This document shows, in pieces, positions 1-7,720 of a DNA stretch of 32,000 nucleotides. Source of the stretch: Candidatus Nanopusillus acidilobi (GTDB lineage Archaea > Nanobdellota > Nanobdellia > Nanobdellales > Nanobdellaceae); NCBI GenBank assembly GCA_001552015.1, contig CP010514.1:210001-242000 (forward strand), in the 5' to 3' direction. The notes under the pieces were generated by a model. The model saw only the letters and a list, made by a program, of their open reading frames with translations. It was not told where the DNA came from and did not search any database. How positions within the stretch are numbered: the first letter of the stretch is position 1; each line of letters begins with the position of its first letter. Both the position numbers and the translations under genes were made by a program.

Positions 1-1358
1 CTACAGTTTTAGCAGGTGAATTATTAAAGAGGGCAGATGAATTATTAGATAAAAATATACATCCAACAGTTATTATAGAAGGATATAATAAGGCATCAAT
101 TATCGCTGAAGAATTGGTAAATAAATTGGCTCAAAAAGTATCAATGGATGATGAGGAGACATTGATTAAGGTTGCAAAGTCTGCATTATCATCAAAATTA
201 GCATCAATATATTCAGATAAGTTAGCAAAAATAATTGTTGATGCTGTTAAAAAAGTAACAGATATTGTAGAATTATCAGATGGAGAAAAGAAAATAATTG
301 TAGATCTAGATTCATTAAAGATTGAAAAGAAAATTGGCGGTGGCGTAGAAGAAACATCATTAATTGATGGAATAGTAATAGATAAAGAAAAAATACATGG
401 AGAAATGCCAAAAGTTGTTTCAAATGCAAAGATAGCATTAATAGGTGATGCTATTGAAATTAAAGAAACAGAAACAGATGCAAGGATAAATATATCTTCT
501 CCAGATCAACTAGAACAGTTCTTGAGTAAAGAAAGAGAAATGCTAAAGAAAATGGTAGAAAAAATAAAAGAAGTAGGAGCAAATGTTGTATTTGCACAAA
601 AAGGAGTTGATGACTTAGCAGCATATTATTTGGCAAAATATGGAATATTGGCAGTAAGAAGAGTTAAGAAGTCGGATATGGAAAAAATAGCAAAAGCAAC
701 TGGTGGAAAAATTGTAAATTCTATTGATGAATTATCAGAAAATGATTTGGGATATGCAGAATTAGTTGAAGAGAAAAAGGTTGCAGATGAAAATATGATA
801 TTTATAACAGGATGTAAGAATCCAAAAGCTGTTACAATATTAATAAGAGCAGGATCTGAGCATGTTGCAGACGAGATTGAAAGATCTATAAATGATGCAA
901 TTAGGGATGTTGCAACAGTAATTAAATATGGAAAAGTAATTGCTGGAGGTGGTGCATTGGAAATGGAATTGGCAGAAGGAATAAGAAAAGAGGCTAAGAA
1001 AGAGTCATCAAAAGTACAAATGGCAATGCTAGCATTTGCAGATGCATTAGAGTCAATACCATCAGCATTGGCAGAAAATGCTGGCATGGATACTATAGAA
1101 GCAATGACACAATTAAGAGCATTACATGAACAAGGTAAAAAATGGGCTGGAGTAGATGCAATTGAAGGTAAAATTGCAGATATGTGGGAGAAAAATGTAA
1201 TTGAGCCAGCAAATATAACTATACAAGCTATAAAGTCTGCAGTAGAAGCTGCCATAATGGTATTGAAAATAGATGATGTTATTGCCGCAATAGGAAAATC
1301 AACAGAAGGAGGAGAATCTTCTGGTAAGTCAGGAGAAGAGGGAGAAGTTGAAGAATAG
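1..1358 (+). CDS. ths: Thermosome (group II chaperonin) subunit, 5'-truncated by the window edge
   Basis: Frame 3 is open from the window edge (TVLAGELLKRADELLDKNIHPTVIIEGY...) and runs into the listed ORF 114..1358, so the Met at 114 is internal. Group II chaperonin hallmarks: VFAQKGVDDLAAYYLAKYGILAVRRVKKSDMEKIAKATGG, ILIRAGSEHVADEIERSINDAIR, VIAGGGALEMEL, NVIEPANI, and a Gly/Glu-rich C-terminal tail. Confidence 0.95.
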   Translation, partial: TVLAGELLKRADELLDKNIHPTVIIEGYNKASIIAEELVNKLAQKVSMDDEETLIKVAKSALSSKLASIYSDKLAKIIVDAVKKVTDIVELSDGEKKIIVDLDSLKIEKKIGGGVEETSLIDGIVIDKEKIHGEMPKVVSNAKIALIGDAIEIKETETDARINISSPDQLEQFLSKEREMLKKMVEKIKEVGANVVFAQKGVDDLAAYYLAKYGILAVRRVKKSDMEKIAKATGGKIVNSIDELSENDLGYAELVEEKKVADENMIFITGCKNPKAVTILIRAGSEHVADEIERSINDAIRDVATVIKYGKVIAGGGALEMELAEGIRKEAKKESSKVQMAMLAFADALESIPSALAENAGMDTIEAMTQLRALHEQGKKWAGVDAIEGKIADMWEKNVIEPANITIQAIKSAVEAAIMVLKIDDVIAAIGKSTEGGESSGKSGEEGEVEE

Positions 1359-1399
1359 TTTTTAAAAGATTTATAAATATCAAAATTTTTTATTTTTTT

Positions 1400-1951
1400 A
1401 TGTCATCCTCGGAGTATGAACTTATGCCAACAGATCCTGTCGAAAAATTGGTTGAAGAAGTAGAAAATTTAAAAAACGATTTAGCTGCATTAAAAAATGA
1501 ATTAAAAGATAATATTGAAGAAATAAAAAGACAGATTTCAATACCTTCTGAAACAAATCCAATAGCTAAAAAAGAAGCTCAAGCCCAATTGTATTATGCT
1601 CAATCAAATATAGATACATCATTTTATAAGGAAATTGTAAATTCATTGATAAAAAGTAATATAGACTTACAGGCAAAGATATCTGAATTAGTAGTTGTTA
1701 CAAATAATTTATATAAAGAAATAAAGAATTTATTTGATATATTTAAAGAAGCTGCTTTATTAAGGCCAAAAGAAAAAGAAGCACCAGAAAATAATATTGA
1801 ATTATTAAAGAGAATAGAAAACTTAGAAAAAGCTAATCTAAAAGTAGCAGAATTATTGGATAATCTTAAGAAACAAATAGAAAGTATAAAAGGTAATCAA
1901 AGTACAAGTTATACAAGTTCAGTGGTACAAAGTTATAATAAAAGAATATAA
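1400..1951 (+). CDS. Hypothetical coiled-coil protein (183 aa)
   Basis: Intact ORF. Heptad-like K/E/L/N-rich helices at both ends (VEKLVEEVENLKNDLAALKNELKDNIEEIKRQ; ELLKRIENLEKANLKVAELLDNLKKQIESIK). No TM segment or catalytic motif recognised. It is the first gene of a same-strand run ending in the secretion ATPase. Confidence 0.5.
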   Translation: MSSSEYELMPTDPVEKLVEEVENLKNDLAALKNELKDNIEEIKRQISIPSETNPIAKKEAQAQLYYAQSNIDTSFYKEIVNSLIKSNIDLQAKISELVVVTNNLYKEIKNLFDIFKEAALLRPKEKEAPENNIELLKRIENLEKANLKVAELLDNLKKQIESIKGNQSTSYTSSVVQSYNKRI

Positions 1952-1982
1952 AATTAATAAATTTTTTTAATATTTTTATAAA

Positions 1983-2825
1983 ATGAAATTACAATCCCAG
2001 CTTATTAGTTATTTGTTGTTGGGGCTTATCGTAGTAGGTTTGTCGGTGGGGATATATGAATGGGGTCTGCCATTAATACAAAAATCTCAGCTTGGATCTA
2101 CAGTAAATAATATTCAGAGTCAATTAACTTCTTTAGCAGAAGCTATATCATCTGTTGCCCAGAGCAGAGGATCTCAGACTATTACATTGAATTTACCAAA
2201 AGGATCTTTAAATATATATAATAATTTAATTCAATATTCATTTCAAGCACCAATAATTTATTATAATCCATCTATTTCTGTAGTTCCAATAAATTACAAT
2301 ATATATATTCCATGTAATGTAAATAATACAATTTCAATACCATCATCTGGTTATAATTCTATTCAATTATGTGGAATTCCAAATCTTATAGTCAAAGTAA
2401 ATTCTTCTAATATAATAATACAAGATGTAAATAATAATACTTTAATATTGCCTTTAGTAAGTACTAATAATGTTATAACTCAATATTTTGATTTTAATAT
2501 AAATGTTCAGAACAATAATGTATCATTTATTCCCCAATATAATACAGGAATATCTGGTTTATCATATTACCCAGAATGCCTACTTTCAGCAGCCCAATTA
2601 AGTGGAATTATACAATATCAGGTAGCATGTAGACCAATGTATAATCCTCAAACTGGACAATGCGAATGGATAATAATAGAACCAGCTGGTCAAACTTCTA
2701 CTATTACAAATGGAAATTCTGTTAATGTTAACTTACAATATAAAGGATTAAATGTAATTAATAATCCAAATTCCACTGTTTGTAATCAGTTAGTTTACTA
2801 TTATGTACAAGCTTCTGTTGTATAA
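1983..2825 (+). CDS. Exported pilin-like / FlaG-FlaF-like protein with N-terminal hydrophobic helix (280 aa)
   Basis: N-terminus MKLQSQLISYLLLGLIVVGLSVGIY is a short polar/basic head followed by a hydrophobic helix, as in class III signal peptides or signal anchors. The rest is N/Q/S/T/I/Y-rich and almost free of K/E/D. It has 6 Cys and several N-x-S/T sequons (NNT, NSS, NVS, NST). Its stop overlaps the next start (TAATG at 2823-2827). Confidence 0.55.
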   Translation: MKLQSQLISYLLLGLIVVGLSVGIYEWGLPLIQKSQLGSTVNNIQSQLTSLAEAISSVAQSRGSQTITLNLPKGSLNIYNNLIQYSFQAPIIYYNPSISVVPINYNIYIPCNVNNTISIPSSGYNSIQLCGIPNLIVKVNSSNIIIQDVNNNTLILPLVSTNNVITQYFDFNINVQNNNVSFIPQYNTGISGLSYYPECLLSAAQLSGIIQYQVACRPMYNPQTGQCEWIIIEPAGQTSTITNGNSVNVNLQYKGLNVINNPNSTVCNQLVYYYVQASVV

Positions 2826-3205
2826 TGCCAGTAAATGCAATAGAAATCGTATTAATAACTTTAATATTATTTTTTATCTCCCAGTCAATGATTTTATATT
2901 TCAATCAAATAACAAATCCATCAAATTATAATAAAATAATTTTAAATTATATAAAATCAAACGTTGAGTTTTGTATATATTATTCTTACTTATATAATGC
3001 AAATCTCTATTGTCAGCCTTCACAGAATTATAGATTTTCAATAGATGCGGTTAACAATGTTGTATATTTATCCTATAGTGGAAATTCTTTATCTATAAAT
3101 TTAAATAATAATTCATATTTTCATCCTATCTATGGTGTAGCTTTGAATTCTTTCTTTTTGCAATATAAAAATTATTCTTCAAATTCTATTTTATATCTAA
3201 GTTAA
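2825..3205 (+). CDS. Small exported pilin-like / FlaF-like protein (126 aa)
   Basis: N-terminus MPVNAIEIVLITLILFFISQSMILYF is a short head plus hydrophobic helix. The remainder is N/S/Y-rich and charge-poor, with 2 Cys. It is translationally coupled to the upstream gene by a 1-nt overlap. Confidence 0.45.
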   Translation: MPVNAIEIVLITLILFFISQSMILYFNQITNPSNYNKIILNYIKSNVEFCIYYSYLYNANLYCQPSQNYRFSIDAVNNVVYLSYSGNSLSINLNNNSYFHPIYGVALNSFFLQYKNYSSNSILYLS

Positions 3206-3236
3206 ATTTATATTTTTCCAAGTTTTCATTAAATAT

Positions 3237-5021
3237 ATGAGCAACATTTATGATTTTATTGATAATGTTGTAGATGTAATAAGAAAAAAAATTGAAATAA
3301 AAAGAAAATTAAATGAAAAAAATGAAAAAATAAACATTATAGAAAATCCAAATAATGAATATCAACCAATTTATATACCATTAATTAATAATAAATATGA
3401 AAAAAGAAAAAATAAAAAAGCAGGTAAGAAAGTTTATAATATAAATTTAATTAATATACCTTCACAAAATAAAAAAATTACTGAAAATGATAAACTTAGA
3501 TTTTTTGTAGAATTATATGGAAAGAATGAAAGTATAAGTCAATTTAGGTATCCACTAACTAAGATGAATATTCTTGGTAGAGAATATATATTTGCATATG
3601 CTGATATATCTTGGGATAATGAATATGGTGAACTTATATATCATGTAATAGAACCAAGTATGAATGAAAAAGATAGAAAAATTATAAATGAAATAATTGA
3701 TGATTTAGCTAGAACATCAGAACTTCCCTTAGGAATGGAAAAAAATGAAGAATATATGAGAAATTATATAATAAAGGAATCTTTGAATATAATAAAAGAA
3801 AAAGGATATCCAATAGATAAAAATAAGTTGCCATATATATTATATTATATAATAAGGGATACAATTGGTTATGGAATAATAGATCCATTAATGAGGGATC
3901 CATTAATTGAAGATATATCTTGTACGGGTATAAATTATCCAATATTTATATTCCATAGAAATCCATTAATAGGTGAAATAAAAACAAATTTACAATTTAA
4001 TTCTGATGAAGAATTAGACAATTTTGTAATAAAATTATCTGTAAGAACTGGAAGAATTGTATCCGTTGCAAATCCTTTGTTAGATGCAGCTTTACCTGAT
4101 GGATCAAGAATCCAGATAACTTTTGGAAAAGATATTTCTAGGAGAGGTTCTTCATTTACAATTAGAAAATTTACAGAAGATCCATTCACTCCAATTGATC
4201 TATTATTATATGGAACTGTAGACTTTAATATATTAGCATATTTATGGACATTAATAGAAGAGGGAAGATCATTATTAATATCTGGAGGAACTGCTACAGG
4301 TAAAACATCATTCCTAAATGCAATATCTTTATTTATAAAACCTGAGAAAAAGATAATTTCAATAGAAGATACTGCAGAATTAAAGTTACCACATCCAAAC
4401 TGGATATCTGAAGTTGCAAGACCGGGATATGGTCCAAATAGATATGGTGAAGTTACTATGTTTGATCTATTAAAGGCTGCTTTGAGACAAAGACCAGATT
4501 ATATAATTGTAGGTGAAGTAAGAGGTGAGGAAGCTTATATATTGTTCCAGGCAATGGCAACAGGTCATGCTGGTTTAGGTACTATACATGCAGAAAGTTT
4601 TGAAGCATTAATGGATAGATTATTATCTCCTCCAATTAATTTACCTCCATCTTTATTGGAAGTATTGGATGGAGTTGTGTTTCTTAAAAGATTGAGATAT
4701 CAAGGAAAATATGTAAGAAGAGTAGATAAGATATATGAAATAATTGGATTTAATAAAGAAAAGAAAGATGTTGATAGGATAATTTCGTTTAAATGGGATC
4801 CAAGAGATGATTCTTATATACCAGCTGAAAGTTATATATTAAATAAAATTGCTGAAATTAGAAATTGGAGTAAAAGTGATATAGAAACTAACTTTGAATT
4901 TAAAATAAGGGTATTAGAATATATGTTAAGAAATAACATAAGAAATTATAGAAAGATTGCAGAAATTATGAATATGTATTATAATAATCCCGATAAATTA
5001 ATGAGTTTAATAGGATTTTAG
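3237..5021 (+). CDS. Type II/IV secretion-family ATPase, archaeal FlaI/PilB-like (VirB11 superfamily)
   Basis: Walker A LISGGTATGKTSFLNA; IISIEDTAELKLPH; Walker B/Asp box ALRQRPDYIIVGEVRGEEA; His box FQAMATGHAGLGTIHA; archaeal N-domain signature ELIYHVIEPSMNEKDRKIINEI. K/N-rich N-terminal extension of about 120 aa. Confidence 0.9.
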   Translation: MSNIYDFIDNVVDVIRKKIEIKRKLNEKNEKINIIENPNNEYQPIYIPLINNKYEKRKNKKAGKKVYNINLINIPSQNKKITENDKLRFFVELYGKNESISQFRYPLTKMNILGREYIFAYADISWDNEYGELIYHVIEPSMNEKDRKIINEIIDDLARTSELPLGMEKNEEYMRNYIIKESLNIIKEKGYPIDKNKLPYILYYIIRDTIGYGIIDPLMRDPLIEDISCTGINYPIFIFHRNPLIGEIKTNLQFNSDEELDNFVIKLSVRTGRIVSVANPLLDAALPDGSRIQITFGKDISRRGSSFTIRKFTEDPFTPIDLLLYGTVDFNILAYLWTLIEEGRSLLISGGTATGKTSFLNAISLFIKPEKKIISIEDTAELKLPHPNWISEVARPGYGPNRYGEVTMFDLLKAALRQRPDYIIVGEVRGEEAYILFQAMATGHAGLGTIHAESFEALMDRLLSPPINLPPSLLEVLDGVVFLKRLRYQGKYVRRVDKIYEIIGFNKEKKDVDRIISFKWDPRDDSYIPAESYILNKIAEIRNWSKSDIETNFEFKIRVLEYMLRNNIRNYRKIAEIMNMYYNNPDKLMSLIGF

Positions 5022-5645
5022 TTCAATAATTTCTATAGGTCTTTTATTATAAAATTTTATTATATAAGTTTTATTATAATCTAATTGAATATTTTTTTCT
5101 AAATATAATATATTAAAGTTGTCTGCTAATACTATATAGTTATTATCTTTTTCTTTTAGCAATCTTATATATCTATATGATATATAATTTTGATTTAGAT
5201 TTATGTTTTCATCTATTTTTTCTATTAAGTCTATATTATTTATGAATATTGATAGAACAAAGTCATTTAAAACAACTCCATTTTTTACTTTTATATTATT
5301 ATTTTCTTTTAATATATCTTCTTTTCTTTTCCATCTATAATCTTTAATTATTAACTTAATTAATCCAGTTTCATCTCCAGCTTCTAGAATTATTAAATTA
5401 TCTTTTTTTATTAATATTTTATTTATCTTTAATTTTATTTCTTTTATCTTTAATCCAGGATATAAATTTTTTACTTTTATATTATATAAATCTTCTAATG
5501 TTAATCCCTTCTCTTTTAATATCAATAAAATAGCCGTTTCTTCATCAATTAAATTTTTATATTGTTTTATTTTTTCATTTATTAATTCTTGTAATTTTGT
5601 TTTTGATATACCTAAAATTGATGAAACATAATTCTTATCTATCAT
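5007..5645 (-). CDS. RPA-like single OB-fold ssDNA-binding protein (putative)
   Basis: The N-terminus ISKTKLQELINEKIKQYKNLIDEETAILLILKEKGL followed by IKVKNLYPGLKIKEIKLKINKI matches the usual archaeal RPA N-terminal helical region plus start of an OB fold. AGDETGLIKLIIKDYRW resembles the conserved GDETG-x-I/V-hydrophobic-W strand. Assigned from motif memory only. Confidence 0.55.
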   Translation of the reverse strand: MIDKNYVSSILGISKTKLQELINEKIKQYKNLIDEETAILLILKEKGLTLEDLYNIKVKNLYPGLKIKEIKLKINKILIKKDNLIILEAGDETGLIKLIIKDYRWKRKEDILKENNNIKVKNGVVLNDFVLSIFINNIDLIEKIDENINLNQNYISYRYIRLLKEKDNNYIVLADNFNILYLEKNIQLDYNKTYIIKFYNKRPIEIIELKSY

Positions 5646-5675
5646 AAATAATATTTAGTAATAAAAAATAAATCT

Positions 5676-6065
5676 TTATTGAATCTTGCAACCATATATT
5701 GTACCTGAGGATGTTTGTATTTCATAATTTGAACCAAGTCCACATACAACTTCAGAACCATTATATAAGGTAAATGAATATTGAGAATAAACACTACAAT
5801 TTGAAGTTACGTATTGAGAATTTGCTAACATTTGTAGTTGAGCAGATGAATCTGTGGAAGTTCCTATTTGGTTTGCTATTGTTGCTGCATATTCTGAACA
5901 TTGTGCACTACTTGTTTGATTAGATGAAGGAGCTATCTGACTAGTCTGTCCAGCAAATTTTCCGAGTCCGCCAGTAAATATTAATACAAGAAATACTAAT
6001 ACAACTATTGCAATAATTGCTAAAACTATAGTATTTATAGGTAAACCCTGTGTTCTTTTTACCAT
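5676..6065 (-). CDS. Type IV pilin-like protein with class III signal peptide (129 aa)
   Basis: MVKRTQG/LPINTIVLAIIAIVVLVFLVLIF has a basic head, Gly at the putative -1 position and a roughly 22-residue hydrophobic helix. The mature part is S/T/Q/A/G-rich and nearly uncharged, with 4 Cys and sequons NQT, NCS and NGS. The gene is visibly GC-richer than its neighbours. Confidence 0.65.
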   Translation of the reverse strand: MVKRTQGLPINTIVLAIIAIVVLVFLVLIFTGGLGKFAGQTSQIAPSSNQTSSAQCSEYAATIANQIGTSTDSSAQLQMLANSQYVTSNCSVYSQYSFTLYNGSEVVCGLGSNYEIQTSSGTIYGCKIQ

Positions 6066-6116
6066 TTTAAATATAAATTTTTTTATAAATATAAACTTTT
6101 CGGCTTATTTATATAC
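6066..6116. promoter_or_regulatory. Divergent promoter region between the pilin-like gene and the 154-aa/mre11/rad50 operon
   Basis: 51 bp with two TATA-like elements (tttaaatataaa and ttataaatataaac) facing genes on opposite strands. The assignment is tentative in AT-rich DNA. Confidence 0.3.
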
Positions 6117-6581
6117 ATGAAAATTTCTTTTGTACTATTAAGGGTGAATATACATGAATGGGATGATAAAAATAGAATATTAAATGTAATTGATTTATTA
6201 TTAAAGGATATTGATAGAAAGAAAATAGAAATAAATAATTATAAAGATAGAGGGTTAATAAGTAATATAATTGAAGTATATGAAATAAAAATTAACAATA
6301 AAAATAACATAGATATATTTTTTAGAAATCTAATTTCTTTAGGATTAAAATTTGAAGATATAAAAAATAATTGCAACTTTGATGAGAATTATAATATTTA
6401 TATAAGAATTGATAAAGATGAACTAACATTAAATAAAATTATTAAATTACATTATACCGAAGATTCTTTTTTATTAAAAATAAGTTTTGATTATTATAAA
6501 AAGGATAAAGAAATAGTTTTAAATTATTTAAAAGAATACTTAGAAAATATAAATAAAAAATTTTTATACAATAATATTTAA
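6117..6581 (+). CDS. Hypothetical protein (154 aa), first gene of the mre11-rad50 operon
   Basis: Intact ORF whose TAA overlaps the mre11 ATG (TAATG at 6579-6583). No motif recognised with confidence. The N-terminal beta-strand pattern ISFVLLRVNIHEWDDKNRILNVI loosely recalls small alpha/beta RNA-binding (UPF0201-like) proteins, but this is unverified. Confidence 0.5.
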   Translation: MKISFVLLRVNIHEWDDKNRILNVIDLLLKDIDRKKIEINNYKDRGLISNIIEVYEIKINNKNNIDIFFRNLISLGLKFEDIKNNCNFDENYNIYIRIDKDELTLNKIIKLHYTEDSFLLKISFDYYKKDKEIVLNYLKEYLENINKKFLYNNI

Positions 6582-7720
6582 TGAAATTTGTTCATGTTTC
6601 TGATACCCATTTAGGATGTCAAATTCCAGTAGAATATAGCGAGATTAGAAAATATGATTTTTTAAATTCATTTAAACAAGTTATAGATTTTGCAATTAGA
6701 GAAAAAGTTGACTTTATAATTCATTCTGGAGATTTTTTTGATGATTATTTTAGAATAGATTCAAAATATTTATTGGAAATATTAGATATATTATTTAAAT
6801 TAAAGGATAATAAAATACCATTAATATTTATTAAGGGAAATCACGATACAAAAGGACAAAGGCAAAATGTTTTGGAAATATTAAAAAAATTGGATTTAAT
6901 ATATGAGGCAAATATAAAAGAACCATTTATATATAAAGATATATACATTTATGGAATATCCGAACCTTCAAATTTATCATATGAACAATTGAGAGCATAC
7001 TATAAAAAGAATCTATCAAATTTAAAATTTGAAAATAATGGTTATACAATATTTATGTTTCATGGTGCAATAAATATATTTCCAGAAAATATATTGGAAG
7101 GCTATGGAAAAGAACCAAGGATTCTATCTCCAGAAGATTTTCCTAAAGCAGATTATTATGCATTTGGACATTTTCATAAAAAACATTTAGAAAAACACGA
7201 TAATAGAGTATTTGCTTTACCAGGTTCTACTGAAAGGACTGAAATATCAAAAGATGAAGAAAATATAAAGAAAGGATTTTTTTATGTAAGAGATGAGGAT
7301 ATAGAATTTAAAGAATTAAATGTTAGGCCAATATATATTTATGAAGATATAATAAACAATGATGATGGATTAAATAAATTAAAAAATGATATTTATAGTA
7401 AATCTAAGGAAACAATCATAAAAATTAAAGTTAGATATAAAAAGGATTATTATATTAATATAAAAAATCTATTGGAAAATTTAATGGAATCTGGTTATTT
7501 AATCTTAGATGATTCTTATTCTTTAGATGAAGAAATAAAATTAAATAATGAGGTAATTACAATAGATAATATAATGGATAGTTCTTTTTTTGTAAATAAT
7601 AAGCAAGAAATAATAAAAATGCTTAATTATATAAAAGAATTATTTGAGGAAATGTATTCTGGTAAGAATTCTGATTTGGATAGAATAAGAGAAGCTTTAT
7701 TTAAACAATTAATAAAATGA
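6581..7720 (+). CDS. mre11: DNA double-strand break repair nuclease Mre11
   Basis: Calcineurin-like phosphoesterase motifs in order: FVHVSDTHLG, IIHSGDFFD, IKGNHD, MFHG, FGHFH. The stop overlaps the rad50 start (ATGA at 7717-7720). Confidence 0.93.
   Translation: MKFVHVSDTHLGCQIPVEYSEIRKYDFLNSFKQVIDFAIREKVDFIIHSGDFFDDYFRIDSKYLLEILDILFKLKDNKIPLIFIKGNHDTKGQRQNVLEILKKLDLIYEANIKEPFIYKDIYIYGISEPSNLSYEQLRAYYKKNLSNLKFENNGYTIFMFHGAINIFPENILEGYGKEPRILSPEDFPKADYYAFGHFHKKHLEKHDNRVFALPGSTERTEISKDEENIKKGFFYVRDEDIEFKELNVRPIYIYEDIINNDDGLNKLKNDIYSKSKETIIKIKVRYKKDYYINIKNLLENLMESGYLILDDSYSLDEEIKLNNEVITIDNIMDSSFFVNNKQEIIKMLNYIKELFEEMYSGKNSDLDRIREALFKQLIK

Noticed and set aside
626-1255. 209-aa ORF antisense to the thermosome gene, together with the other listed antisense ORFs: 247-438, 3709-3942, 3935-4189, 10092-10313, 10661-11110, 12958-13158, 13437-13658, 20969-21166, 24870-25136, 26808-26996, 27876-28109, 28820-29008 and 29614-29985.
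   Set aside because: Each lies entirely inside a confidently identified gene on the other strand. Their composition is low-complexity and hydrophobic or Ser/Phe/Ile/Leu-rich, as expected from reading K/E/N-rich codons backwards. None has a recognisable motif. They are treated as shadow ORFs.
1359-1399. T-runs after the thermosome stop (ttttt, tttttt, ttttttt) as a defined terminator.
   Set aside because: The last T7 run abuts the next start codon and the region must also hold a promoter. In DNA this AT-rich the signal cannot be separated from background, so it is not annotated as a feature.
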